This document shows positions 1 through 12,373 of a stretch of 64,000 nt of DNA, piece by piece; positions within the stretch are counted from its first letter, which is position 1; the number at the start of each line of letters is the position of its first letter. Location: the NCBI GenBank assembly GCA_950097015.1, contig CATNEN010000007.1, forward strand, positions 10,106,001 to 10,170,000, in the 5' to 3' direction. This DNA comes from Macrostomum hystrix (lineage: Eukaryota; Animalia; Platyhelminthes). The translations under genes were made by a program, and so were the position numbers. The notes beneath the pieces were generated by a model. That model did no database searches. It saw nothing but the letters and a program-made list of their open reading frames with translations, and was not told where the DNA came from.

Positions 1-1438
1 TTATAAAAAAGTAGCATTTTTGTGATAAATTATCTGGTGCTGAAATATGTATATTTAACTCTCATTTCTCAATCATATATTTCAATCAGAAAGTATTAAC
101 ACGAGTCCATCTCTATCATAAACTATTTACAAAGAACTAATAAAATAAAATACCACACACGGCCTTACAATTGTTAACAAACGGTCTAGCTATCTACCTT
201 AAAGTGGACTTCTTTTATTATCTTACCTTTTAAGTGCGATGAAAATGTGGAATATAAGCAAATTAGTTTCCTAAAAATATACTAAACAACCTCAATCAAA
301 TTTTCTGAATTGACATTGACAATTTCTATATTTAAACAAAAGTTACGATATTTATAAGAAAGATGTGCATAACTTAACACATCGACCGCAATTTACTTCG
401 AAAAGTTAACGAGTTATAGAAAAATTCTACATAATTACATTTATATTTCACAACATGCACTCTCACGAGGACGTTTGCACCGTTTGTTTGCGTATCATTT
501 GCGTTTACATTCACCCTCATTCACTCAACACGCAGATGCACTGAATGTAAAAAATTTGAGATGATTCCTATATTTTTGCATGTTTCAGTTTTTCTGCTTG
601 CTCTGATCAGATGTCTATTGATATTCCTATATTTGTTGACGTAGAGTAAGTCTAGGCCTATTTACTTGGAATGGATTTACAACAGTTAATTGAGCATGCA
701 AGTGCTCAATGACAACAGAAATGAATAAATCATCGAAATATAACTTTACCTAATTTATCGAATTTTTATAAATCATTAAACAATAAACCACCTTTTGTCC
801 ATACCAAGCAGAATTTAGGCCTATGATTTAATTAAAACTTCGATTTTTTGGTTTTTGTCGTAAGTTATGATATACTTGTATTGTATAAGAAAATAGAGCA
901 AAACATCCATGAGTAAGCCTAGGGTATCAGAAAAGAGCGATGGCAATAAGCTAGGCTTATCACAATAATAACAAATTGCTAGGTAGCTAAAATTGAATAT
1001 ATCTACTCCTTTTTATTACCATCATTCATAACTGATTTTGTTTACTAAAGCAATTAAAACTAAATTAATATTTGTGATAAAAGACAACAAATTAGACTTT
1101 GTGAATTAACAAGCATATTTCAGAATTTAGATTTCAGATTTTATAATTCCTTGTTCCTTAGACAATTTTAAAGCTAGTCTTTGTATATTTAGTCTTACTT
1201 TCTAGATATGACAGTACTATCTGAATAAAGAAACAAAAAGCTGTTTATGACATTATTTTGTCATGAAATTTTAACTAAATAATACTTGGTTTCACTTACA
1301 ACTACTTTGGTACCATGCTAAAAATCTGAAAATATTAGCCAAAAAAATCAAACCAAATTCAGCTCCAGTGCCAGTAAATACAGAGGCTGATCCACTTATC
1401 TAACACAGTAGCTCAGTCAGTCAATTCTGAAAGCAGCC

Positions 1439-4400
1439 ATGGTGGAGCCAAGCAAGATTGTGCTGGCCCTAAAGGCCACACTGATCCCCAAGCAGCAGCG
1501 AGAGGCAGAGGCCTACCTGGACAGCATGAAGAAGATAATCTCCTTCTGCCCGACCCTGCTGGACATTGTGATGTGGCAGGAGGTGGACATCCCAGTCAGG
1601 CAGGCCGGAGCAGTCTACCTGAAGAACACGGTGAATCGATTCTGGCGCGAGCGTCAGCCGGACGCAGATCCGGGCGAGCCGCTGCCATTCAGCCTGCATG
1701 AGCAGGACAAGGCGCGCCTGAGGACCAGCCTGGTGCGGGCCATGCTGCTGGCGCCTGAGCCGCTGCGCCAGCAGCTGAAGGTCTGTGTGACGGTGGCGGC
1801 GCAGAACGACTTTCCCGGCCGCTGGTCCGAGGAGCTGCCGGAGCAACTGGCCGCCGCACTGTCCACAGATGCTGAGGACCAGGTGCGGCTTCTGGGCGAA
1901 CTGTCCTTAGGCTTAGTCTCGTTTTCTTATTGTAGATATTCGCATAAAACTGTAGCATCCTTAGGGGCAGACGCAGCATTAGGTTGCGTGGAGATCGGAC
2001 TGAGCACAGTTTAGGGAGATCGGACTGAGCACAGTTTAGGGAGATCGGACTGAGCCCAGTTTAGGGAGATCGGACTGAGCCCAGTTTAGGGAGATCGGAC
2101 TGAGCACAGTTTAGGGAGATCGGACTGAGCACAGTTTAGGGAGATCGGACTGAGCACAGTTTAGGGAGATCGGACTGAGCACAGTTTAGGGAGATCGGAC
2201 TGAGCACAGTTTAGGGAGATCGGACTGAGCACAGTTTAGGGAGATCGGACTGAGCCCAGTTTAGGGAGATCGGACTGAGCACAGTTTATGGAGATCGGAC
2301 TGAGCACAGTTTAGGGAGATGGGACTGAGCCCAGTTTAGGGTAATGGGACTGAGCACAGTTCAGGGAGATGACACTGAGCACAGTTGTGGCGGATGTGCT
2401 GAACATCCCGAACTCACTGACTGCAGGTGCCGGGCGCTCTTTCCGCACTGCACGCACTGCTGAAGGTGTTCCAGTACTCGAAGCCGCAGGTCCGAGCACC
2501 GCTGGAGACGGCCATGTCCAGCCTGCTGCCGCTGCTTCACAGGCGCCTCCTGCTGGCAACGGCCGGTGGCCTCCCGATGGCTCATCAGCAGCGCCTGGCA
2601 GCGAAGGCCTTCCATGCCTACACCTGCACCTGCCTGCCGCCTGCGCTGGAGGCGGACCGCAGCCTCGCCCTGCAGTGGACGGAAGCCATGACCGGCCTGC
2701 TGCGGACAGAGCCGCCGCCCGACTGTCCGCCTGTTGACGACCATCCGTGGTGGCGGGCGCGCAAGTGGGCCGCCAGGTCGCTGCTCAACTGGCTGGAGAG
2801 ATTCGGCGCCAGGAACTCGCTGTGCAAGCGGGATCCCGGCTTTGGCGACTGGTGAGCGATGGGTGTGGGTGAATACAAGTGAATCTGTCATTCACCTGGT
2901 CATTCAATATGAATCTGTCACCCACCTGGTCATTCAATATGAATCTGTCACCCACCTGGTCATTCAATATGAATCTGTCACCCACCTGGTCATTCAATAT
3001 GAATCTGTCACCCACCTGGTCATTCAATTCGCCAGGTACGTGCGCACCGCTGCTGGCCCGGTGCTGCAGGCGGCCCTGGAGTGGCTGGACCGCTTCTCCC
3101 GTCGCGAGTTCGTGCCTCAACGCCTTCTGCGCCAGCTTCTGAACTACCTGGAGGCCAGCCTGGCTTTCGCCCACCTGTGGCACCAGCTGAAGCCACACAT
3201 GCGCCAGCTGCTGGCCTCAGTCTGCTTCCCGTTGATGTGCTTCAACGACGAAGACGCCGAGCTGTGGGAAGCCGATCCCGTCGAGTTCACCCGCTCGCGT
3301 CGTCACCAAGGCGACTGGGACGACCTGCCCGGAGCCGACCTGGCAGCCGAGGAGCTGCTCCACAGCGCCTGTGCAAAGCGGCGCCACGTGTTGGACTGGT
3401 GCGTCGCCTTCTGCACGGAGGCTGTCAGCGCTACGGAGGCTGGCGAAGGCAACGAAGCCGCGTCCAGGCAGCGCGACGGCGCCCTCCGTATTCTTGGCTG
3501 CCTGGCTGACCTTCTGGTTCGTCGGCCGAGTTACGCGACCGGCGTTGAAGGCTTCGTGAAGGGCCTGGCGCTGCCGATGGCCGCCTCGGCTCGTCCTTTC
3601 CTTCGAGCTCGGGCCTGCTGCCTGCTGCGCCAGTTCGCCGAAGCCGACGGAGCCGTCTTTGAGCCCGGCACTCTGGCCAGCGTAGCCGAGATCGTCCGGC
3701 TGCGGTTGCTCGACGAGCCCGAGCTGCCGGTCAAGGTAGGTTGGGTTCTTTGCTCCTTGATCTGCTCCCTGCATCTGCTCCCTGCATCTGCTCCCTGCAT
3801 CTGCTCCCTGGATCTGCTCACTGCATCTCTTCCATTCTACATCATGACTCATTGTATCTGTGCTTTCGATTCCGTGCATGATTTTTTAGAGAAGCACACA
3901 CAGATACGATCCATCACATAATATATTTGGGTATTTACGAGCTAGTATCCGTGCAAAGTCTAGGCTGCAGCGGGTAGTACGTGTAATTCAGTCATTGCGC
4001 CCCACCCGCATTCAGATGGAGGCCGCCCTGGCCCTCGAGGCTCTCTTGGACCGGCATCCCGGCGCTGACGCCGTCCTGCAGCCGCATGCGGCGCCGCTCA
4101 TTGGCCAGCTGCTTGATGCGATGCGCCGCATAGTCAACGAAGAGTTAAATGTTGTGCTGCGCAAGGTGTTCCTGCGCTACTCCAGCCACATCGGCCCACT
4201 GGCCACCAGCATGGTGCAGCAGCTTTGCGACGCGTTTGCCCGACTCCACGGCGTCGAAGCTGATGTGGGCGCCGACGAGACTGCCGAAGAGGACCGCATC
4301 CTGCTGGCTATCGGCCTTCTAGACACCCTCACAGAAGTTGCTGACGCTGTTCGCCGATCGAACTGCCGACTGCTGGCCCAGCTGGAGCCGCTGCTCATCA

Positions 4401-5730
4401 ACCTGATCCGCTACATTGTGGATAACGGCATGCTGGAGTTCTTCGAGCAGGCGGCGGCGCTGGCGCATCAGCTGCTCGATCAGCGCACCGTATCACAGGC
4501 GGCCTGGCAGCTGCTGTCGATGATTTGCTGCAGCATCCAGCGCGACGGTTTTGGCCTTGACTGTTTTGTCGAGTTCCAGGCCCCGCTGCAGCGCCTGCTG
4601 ACTGCGGAGTCTGGCGGTGGCGTCGGTAGCGCCGGCAGCGTGGACTTTTTATCCGATCCGGAAAGGCCGGCTCAACTGCTGGCTCTGTGTGAGCTCATCT
4701 TGGCCGATGAGTCGTCCGAGGAAGCCGGCGGAGTCGCTGCCCGGCTGCTGGAGACGGCGCTGCTGCAGTTCCCGGGACGGCTGGAGCAGGCCTTCGTAAG
4801 CTAAAGCCTTTCTGTTGCGTTGCCTTTCTATATCCGCGTAGCTTACAGCAATGCACTAATTCTCTTTGATGCCGCTTCTGTTTTTCATCGTTTCAACAGG
4901 TCCAGCGCTCGCTAACTGCCGCCGCCGCTTTCATGGACCGTCTAGCCACGTCAGGGAAGGCCGCCCGGTCAGGCGACTCTAGCTCTGAGGATGCTGAGGC
5001 TGTAGCCTGCTTCCGCGTCTGCCTGGCCGCCCTGCTGCACTGGCCGGACCTGACACTCGGACTTCTAGCAGCCGAGCGGCTCCTCGCCGACTGTCACCGC
5101 CTGCAGCACCGCCTTGTCGGCCTCCACGACAGGCGGCTGTGCGCACTGGCCTTTTGCTCCCTGCTGCACCGGCGGCCCGACCTGGCCGGACCGCTGCTGC
5201 CCGCCCTGCTGCGCCTCTTCGACGGCTTGCGTGCCTCCTACCAGCTGCGGGACCGGCTGCAGGCCGAGGGCCGACGCCGCCACGGCGACAGCGGCGACGA
5301 GAGTGAGAAGGCTGAAGGCGCGACTGCGGCGCGTGCGGCGGCTCCGCAGCGCGAGATGGACAGCGATGAGGACGAGGCCTCCGAGGACCAGCCGACAGCG
5401 GCTGCGGCCGTTGATAACACTGCTGGCGATCAACTCGATGACGTCGAAGATGCCAACGCTGATGTCGAGGATCTGGACAACCTCGAGGACCTGGTCTGGC
5501 CGATGTACGACACTCGGCTCGAGCGCCCCCTCGATGCCCAAGACGCCCTCCGGTTGGACGAGTTCCTGGCGGTGGCTCGCGCCGTGCCGGCCGTCTGCTC
5601 GCAAGAGACGCTGGCCGCCCTGGATGAAGAGGCCGCGGCCTGCCTGCGCTACGTGCTGGCCGAGGCGGAGGACAGGCAGCGGCGGGCCGCGGCCTCTGCC
5701 GGCCTGGAGGTGTGTGCAATCTTCAACTAA
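1439..5730 (+). CDS. IPO7: Importin-7/8-like nuclear import receptor (importin-beta family), 5 exons, about 1059 aa
   Basis: Exons 1439-1882, 2427-2851, 3036-3735, 4016-4795, 4900-5730 join with GT-AG sites and consistent phases (3180 nt). Motifs: VRQAGAVYLKNTV (IBN_N), HPWWRARKWA, CFPLMCFNDEDAELWEADPVEF, RPFLRARAC, ELPVK/MEAALAL, GLHDRRLCALAFCSLL and an acidic C-terminal loop. IPO7 vs IPO8 cannot be separated. Confidence 0.88.
1990..2385. repeat. 25-bp minisatellite (GGAGATCGGACTGAGCACAGTTTAG)n in importin intron 1
   Basis: About 16 tandem copies, degenerating at the 3' end. Confidence 0.95.
2881..3028. repeat. 30-bp minisatellite (GAATCTGTCACCCACCTGGTCATTCAATAT)n filling importin intron 2
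   Basis: Five tandem copies between donor 2852 and acceptor 3035. Confidence 0.95.
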
Positions 5731-6051
5731 CAGCTGGCTTGTCAACTGTAGGAATGCGTTCTTGCTTATTTTCTGTGCTGCTTTCAGCATTCAGCTTCAT
5801 TTCCGCCATTATTAACTTGACAAATCGCTGCGCTGATTTAAAAAAGTTAGGCATGAATGCGTCTAATAACGATTTGGAGACCGAACTGACCCTGTTTCTG
5901 GCATTCTTTGCATTTAGAAATACAAAAACTATTTATTGCTGGGTACGGTGATTGTCCAAGTATATATTATGTGTCTGTTGTCCACTGAAAATTGGGTTTT
6001 TTGACCTGTGCGTCAGTTGACCTGTACTTCATTGTATCAACTTACAATACC

Positions 6052-6905
6052 CTCTGATACTCCAGTGCATCAGCTATCAATATGCCCTGACACTCCAGTG
6101 CATCAGCTATCAATATGCCCTGACACTCCAGTGCATCAGCTATCAATATGCCCTGACACTCCAGTGCATCAGCTATCAATATGCCCTGACACTCCAGTGC
6201 ATCAGCTATCAATATGCCCTGACACTCCAGTGCATCAGCTATCAATATGCCCTGACACTCCAGTGCATCAGCTGTCAATATGCCCTGACACTCCAGTGCG
6301 TCAGCTATCAATATGCCCTGACACTCCAGTGCGTCAGCTATCAATATGCCCTGACACTCCAGTGCATCAGCTATCAATATGCCCTGACACTCCAGTGCGT
6401 CAGCTATCAATATGCCCTGACACTCCAGTGCATCAGCTATCAATATGCCCTGACACTCCAGTGCATCAGCTGTCAATATGCCCTGACACTCCAGTGCATC
6501 ATCTGTCAATATGCCCTGACACTCCAGTGCATCAGCTGTCAATATGCCCTGACACTCCAGTGCATCAGCTATCAATATGCCCTGACACTCCAGTGCATCA
6601 GCTATCAATATGCCCTGACACTCCAGTGCATCAGCTATCAATATGCCCTGACACTCCAGTGCATCAGCTATCAATATGCCCTGACACTCCAGTGCATCAG
6701 CTATCAATATGCCCTGACACTCCAGTGCATCAGCTGTCAATATGCCCTGACACTCCAGTGCGTCAGCTATCAATATGCCCTGACACTCCAGTGCGTCAGC
6801 TATCAATATGCCCTGACACTCCAGTGCATCAGCTATCAATATGCCCTGACACTCCAGTGCGTCAGCTATCAATATGCCCTGACACTCCAGTGCATCAGCT
6901 GTCAA
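6052..6905. repeat. 33-bp minisatellite (CCTGACACTCCAGTGCATCAGCTATCAATATGC)n
   Basis: About 26 copies between the convergent importin and IFT57 3' ends; it produces the spurious ORFs 6008-7069 and 6042-6905. Confidence 0.95.
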
Positions 6906-7682
6906 ACCCCCTCACTTCATGTCAAAGTCATGTGAGCACCGGTTGTGCGCCAAATTTAACAATCAATCAATTGGTCAATCATTATATTTGTGTTATCATA
7001 TTTTGTGTCATTTTTCCCGCAAGATTCAATTTCCCGGCTCGCCCTTCAAGGGACTTGCGAAATGTCTGACAGTTTTATCCTCCCAAGAAAGCGGTCTTCT
7101 GCTGCCATTTGCCATTGTACATGCCAGTCCATTTGCTGCTTCCGTGCTGCCCTGTGTGCAAGGGTCCCTCATTTTTGGCTTTTTTTGGATGGGCCTGTCT
7201 CCAGCCGGTTTTATCTCCTTGACCTTGCGCGTCACTTGAAGCAAATTATATTCTTTATATATTTTTTATAAAATGCGGGTCTAACGACATGCGTTGCTCA
7301 TTGTTTAACCACAAAATCATCAAAGAAAGCCGAGTTGTTGCAGATTTTTTTTCATTATTCTTATTTCGTTCCCCAATTTACAGAGCTCGTCCAGCAGTTT
7401 GGAGTGTTTGAAGTCCATGCCCAGAGGTCTAAGGTTCGAGTCCTAACCACAAGACACAATTTCGCTGCTGAGAAATACAATTCCCGATAGATCCAGCCAG
7501 CCCACTGACTGTACATCCGGCACAAATTGAAAGACCACAGAGTATAATAGCCTTCTTTTCAAGGCATTCAATTGCTAATCAGACACAAGCTTGGGTCTAT
7601 TTGTACAGAATTACGCAAGAGAAAGGGTTTGACGAACCCTCGAACTGTCCCACAGTTCGTCAATTCAGTTTTATCCCCACGG

Positions 7683-9505
7683 TCAGAACAGGTAGCCCGC
7701 CTCCTCGGTTGCCATGGCACCGCGCAGCGTCTTCTCCCGCAGTTTGGTCTGGAGCAGGATGTGCTGCAGGACTCCGGCGCGGATGTCCATCTCCTTGAGC
7801 TCATTCTTCAGCCGTTGCAAAGCCTTCTTAATCCGCATCAGCGGCGAGCCATCGGTCATGGAGTTGCCGCGCTCCTCCATGTCGGACTTGACGCGATCGA
7901 GCTCCTCAGAGATCTCCTGCAGCTGCCGGCTGCGGTCGTTGATGCCACCGGAGGCCTGCTTGTATCGCTCACGGGCCTCAGCCAAACGGTCCTGCGCCGC
8001 CCGAAGTTCCTTGAGCGCGCCCTCCACCTGACTGTTAAGGTACTTCTCACGGCTGCCCAACTTCTCCAAGCTCCTCCCAATGTCCTCCTCCATGCGCTTC
8101 AGGTGCTGGTGGACCTGCGGGTCCATGAGGGAGAGAAGGGGCTCCGGGACGTCAGCAGGAATCACTGAGGCTTTGAGCAGGAAACACAGGCTATGAGCAG
8201 GAATCACTGAGGCTATGAGCAGGAATCACTGAGGCTATGAGCAGAAATCACTGAGGCTATGAGCAGGAATCACTGAGGCTATGAGCAGGAATCACTGAGG
8301 CTATGAGCAGGAATCACTGAGGCTATGAGCAGGAATCACTGAGGCTATGAGCAGGAAACAGTGAGGGTCTTGGCCCACCAACCTGTCCATAGCAGTCGCC
8401 AATTGCCTTCTGGTACTGATGCATTGAATCCAGGTGGGCCCGCCAGTCCTTGCCGTCGGCGCGGAGCACCACCTTTAGCTGTGGCTGCACCCGCTCGACC
8501 TCCAGCATCCACTCGGTGGAGTCGGTATTGGACTCCAGGATCACCTCCGGCTTCAGGACGGAGTCGCCCTGGGAGCCGCCGGCAGCGGCTACCGAGGCGG
8601 CAGCCATCTTCGCCAGGCCGTCCACATCCGGCACGTTCTCCTCATCCTCGATGAAGTCGTCGTCGGAGAATTCGTCGGCCACGCCACCCTGGTCGCCAAG
8701 CGTCTTAACCGCTGACTCGGACTCGTCTTCGATGACGTCCACTTGGTCGTCACCCGCATCGGCCGGGTAGCGCGGCTTGTCGAACACGAATCGTCGGATC
8801 TGCAAACAATTGGGGAATACACGGCTATGTTTTGGTATTAAGGGTGTCAAATGTTTGTTAATGTTGAGGGATCAACTGAAAGTACAATTTGACCTCATCC
8901 TCTGCTTCGACTCAAATTTTGGCTCTGTTACGAACTAACAGAGGACTAATCATTTCTACTAAAAGAGGCGCGCCAACCTGAAGGGCCTCTTCCGAGAGTT
9001 TGAGCAGCACGTAGACAACCTGCGGCCCGGAGCCCGACTTCAGCTTGCTGGGCGGAAAGTCGACACTGTGACCGAGGCTTCGCACAGCGTCCAGGATGCC
9101 GCTGACGATGGCGTTTGGATCGTCGTACTCTTGCGGCTCCTCCATGTCCTTGCCCCCCATGCGGACTAGCCAGGAAGCGAGGCAGCCGAAGGCGTGAAAC
9201 TGTTCGCCAGAATTCGTTGCCGTAGCGAAGTAGTGCCTCGAGATTGGCTTGTGATGCAACTGCCTGGGTTGGTGCAAATCATGCCAAGTCTTTGAGAGCG
9301 ACTTGTTTTAATATGCTATGAGTCACAAAAATGTTAAATTCAGAACGGAATTGGCTGGTGAGTAAATAGATTCACAAATAATTCCTCACTTGCAATATTC
9401 CTTGTCATAGTCGAGAAGCTTCAAGTTGTCAAGAACAGCCTCCATGCTGAGAAAAACCTGATAAGCAGCTCCTGGGCCGTCATCGATCTCTTCTTCAGCT
9501 GCCAT
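7683..9505 (-). CDS. IFT57: Intraflagellar transport protein 57 (IFT-B), 4 exons, about 416 aa
   Basis: Exons 9505-9390, 9263-8978, 8799-8383, 8114-7683 (1251 nt, phases consistent). Motifs: LKLLDY, ISRHYFA, EYDDPNA, DFPPSKLKSGSG, EWMLEVERVQPQLKV, KDWRAH, SREKYLNSQ, MEERGNSMTDGSPLMRIKKAL. Confidence 0.95.
8153..8358. repeat. 22-bp minisatellite (GAGCAGGAATCACTGAGGCTAT)n in IFT57 intron 3
   Basis: About 9 tandem copies. Confidence 0.9.
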
Positions 9506-11276
9506 TGCTGCAAAGTTACGACTAATAGCTAAGAAAGATACAAAAATTCTTGGTGAGTTCTGAATAAAACATTTTCTGAAAATGTTTTTAACTATCAGAC
9601 ATGCTTCAAACATAGTTTTAAAAAATTCTAAATTAAGACATACTTAATACATATTATGCGTACTCGTAAATTACCAGATGCTTATTATGTAAAATAAAAA
9701 AATCTAGAAAATCGACAAAAATGTCTGAATGTAAACTTGCTAAAATCAATCAAGCATTAAAATAACCACACCAATAATTTACCCTCATGAATAAGTTCAA
9801 GATTTAGTAAATTCGACTTTTATCCATTTCTGCAAATATTTTTTTTTACAAGAAAGTTTATAAAATATTTTCTTATTATTGTTCCTATAGAGACAATAAA
9901 TGTGTACAGTAAGAGTTGTTAACAAAACTGCTTGTTCATGTGCAAATGTTGATTTGATTCACATGTCAGGTAGCAAAAAATATACTGCTGTAATATCTCT
10001 AGAAATTAAGCTACAGAAAACATTTAAAAACAAAATTATAATATCACTTTTAAATTATTTTGCGTTACATAAATTAATTGCATTTAACATCCAAAGGCAA
10101 ATGTTTTTGACCACCTTTTAGTGTAATACTTTTAAATGTGTATGCAACAATTACAAAAAAATTCCAAACAAAAATTTCCCCACATCCACGTCAGCACTTA
10201 AAACCTTGCAAAGCTACATCAGCATATGTCTGTAACCCTTGCCATGTCATATTACACATAACCGTGGTTGCATGAGTTCGAATCAGTTTGAAAAAATTAC
10301 GTTAAACTAAGTACAACCTTACCCAATTCTTTGTTGTATATTGCAAACTTTCGAATTACTTATTTCAAAAATATTCGCCTGTACACAAGCATTTGACACA
10401 CTCTAGATTAGTAAATTAGTAAATTTCCTTAAAAAATAATATATTATTTTGATAAAAAATGCAGCTGGAATTCGGAGTTTCAATTTGTCGATAACTCTAG
10501 AGACTCATCAAAGAGTAAAACAAAAAATTGTTCTTTTCATTAGTTGCTAAAATTCGTTTAATTAATTTTACAATTCTTAAATAAAATGTTGCACAGAACT
10601 AACAAATGTTAAAATGCCATATAGGTTTGTTGCCCCTATCTTAGCGGAACTTTTCCTCGTAACATTAAGTTCAATGTTTGGAAAAAAACATTTCAATCAG
10701 TGTGGATGTCGTAGAAAAATTATAGCACATATATACTTATTTGCACATATTCTATATTTATGTACCATGGTCCCTTAGATAATTGTATAGCCAAGGACTA
10801 CTAAAACTTAAGTTACTACTAAAGATGGACAACTTCTGGGCAAAACTCATTGAGCTCTTGCTAAATGTGAAAATATCAGTTTAAAAAATGCATATAGAAG
10901 ATAAGTAATGAGTCCACTGTGGTATTAAGTATATGGTATTGTACCATGACCTTTTTGCCCGGCGGGCAGAAAGTCTTGCCCGTTAATGGCCATAGATGAA
11001 TTAATGCTCGGTAATTTTCTTGCGGGCGGTTAATGGCTATTAACTGAGGCTAAAAAAGGCATCGACCAATAGGAATGGCTTACTGAGGCTAAAATGTCTA
11101 TAGCACCCCGAAGTGGGGGCTCTGCCCCACACCCCCGTCTCTGACTCTGAAAGTATAGCTTCGGCAAAAACGTCTATGGTACACTAAAATTGATACCCGA
11201 GCTTGGCTGACGGCGCCAAAGTCTGTAGTCTATATATGACTCTATGGTAAAAAACTGGCCGGTCCAGATAAATGAA

Positions 11277-11715
11277 TCTTGCTCTCGTATTGGCGGAGCC
11301 ATTCATTTGGCCGGGCCAGATAAATGAATCTTGCTCTCGTATTGGCGGAGCCATTCATTTGGCCGGGCCAGATAAATGAATCTTGCTTTCCTATTGGCGG
11401 AGCCATTTATTTGGCCGGCCCATTCGGGGGATAAGTATAAGTTATCACCCACTTTTTTTATTTATTTTGGCCGGGAACGGCTGAGGACTCGTTTATTGGC
11501 CGAGGCGAAGCCGAGGCCAAGAAACGATGTCCGAAGACGTTTTCGGCCATAGATAAGTCAAACAAGTGGGTGATAATGTATTTATTCCACAGTTGAAGCC
11601 AGATAATTGTCACCGGACCAGATAAATGTTTATCTGTCCCGGCCAGATAAATTTCAACGGCCAAATAAATACATTTATCTGGTCTATGGGCCAATCCAAC
11701 TGGGGAATAAATATG
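11277..11715. mobile_element. Non-autonomous DNA element with nested inverted repeats and central CCGAGGCGAAGCCGAGG motif (Crypton-like)
   Basis: Three 51-bp tandem units (from about 11257 to 11420). Inverted repeat TTATCACCCACTT (11442-11454) / AAGTGGGTGATAA (11564-11576) flanks GGCCGAGGCGAAGCCGAGGCC (11498-11518). A second pair is TATTTATTCCACA (about 11579) / TGGGGAATAAATA (11701-11713). The family assignment is from recalled resemblance only. Confidence 0.45.
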
Positions 11716-12097
11716 CATAGAACTAATTGCTAACAAATCATAAGCGATTCCTCAATTTTTTGAAATTTCTTTTTTTTATGTATTTGAATGAATAGCGAGC
11801 GAAATTAAAATAAGCGTATATTCATATCCTCTCATAGCATTATATTTAAGCTCGATTAAGTGAATAGCTGCGGAGAGAAAATTCCAGAAAAGAATATACT
11901 ATAGTATAAGCTCATGGAAGACAACATGGAAAAAATATCTATTTGAGGCATGATAGAATCACATGCATATTAGCTTATCAGCTTATACAGCCTAGCAGGT
12001 ATTATAGTCGAATTGTTCGAAAAGAGTTGCCACCTGGACCTACTGAAACTAAGTACTTGTTCAAAATTTTGTCACGATTCTTACGAGCGTAGATTCA

Positions 12098-12200
12098 TTT
12101 GAAAATAGCTGAATATTAATTTGGTCATTTATTTAATTACAGGGACAACTAAAACCCTCCAGAGAGGGTTTGACCAAATGAATATTCAGCTATTTTCAAA
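12098..12200. repeat. 30-bp inverted repeat (29/30 match) with 43-nt spacer
   Basis: TTTGAAAATAGCTGAATATTAATTTGGTCA (12098-12127) pairs with TGACCAAATGAATATTCAGCTATTTTCAAA (12171-12200). Confidence 0.9.
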
Positions 12201-12242
12201 TTTTCAAAGTTTGGTTATTAATGCTAATTCTTCACGAAAATA

Positions 12243-12337
12243 TGCGACAATGTGTAAGTGTGTAATGCGACAATGTGTAAGTGTGTAATGCGACAATGTG
12301 TAAGTGTGTAATGCGACAATGTGTAAGTGTGCGACAA
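12243..12337. repeat. 23-bp tandem repeat (TGCGACAATGTGTAAGTGTGTAA) x4
   Basis: Directly visible. Confidence 0.9.
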
Positions 12338-12373
12338 TCAATTCTACAACAAACAGTAAGCAAGAAATTCATA

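Noticed and set aside
4979-5815. Overlapping antisense and alternate-frame ORFs over GC-rich exons (also around 44304-45224 and 49193-50197)
   Set aside because: Expected by-product of high GC3 codon usage; no domain signatures.
6008-7069. Long ORFs inside minisatellites (also 22180-23538, the 5' part of 27041-28210, 38131-41435, 41714-42496, 46215-47549, 51752-52385, 53762-54647, 62319-63404)
   Set aside because: They are translations of stop-free tandem units in several frames or both strands, located in introns or spacers, with no protein signature.
7381-7560. Possible tRNA or second SINE family (B-box GGTTCGAGTCC at about 7433)
   Set aside because: No complete cloverleaf and no second copy in the window; a degenerate SINE head cannot be excluded.
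10225-10285. RFX X-box upstream of the ciliary gene IFT57
   Set aside because: Only partial half-sites (CTTGCCATG, GTTGCATG); no convincing palindromic match.
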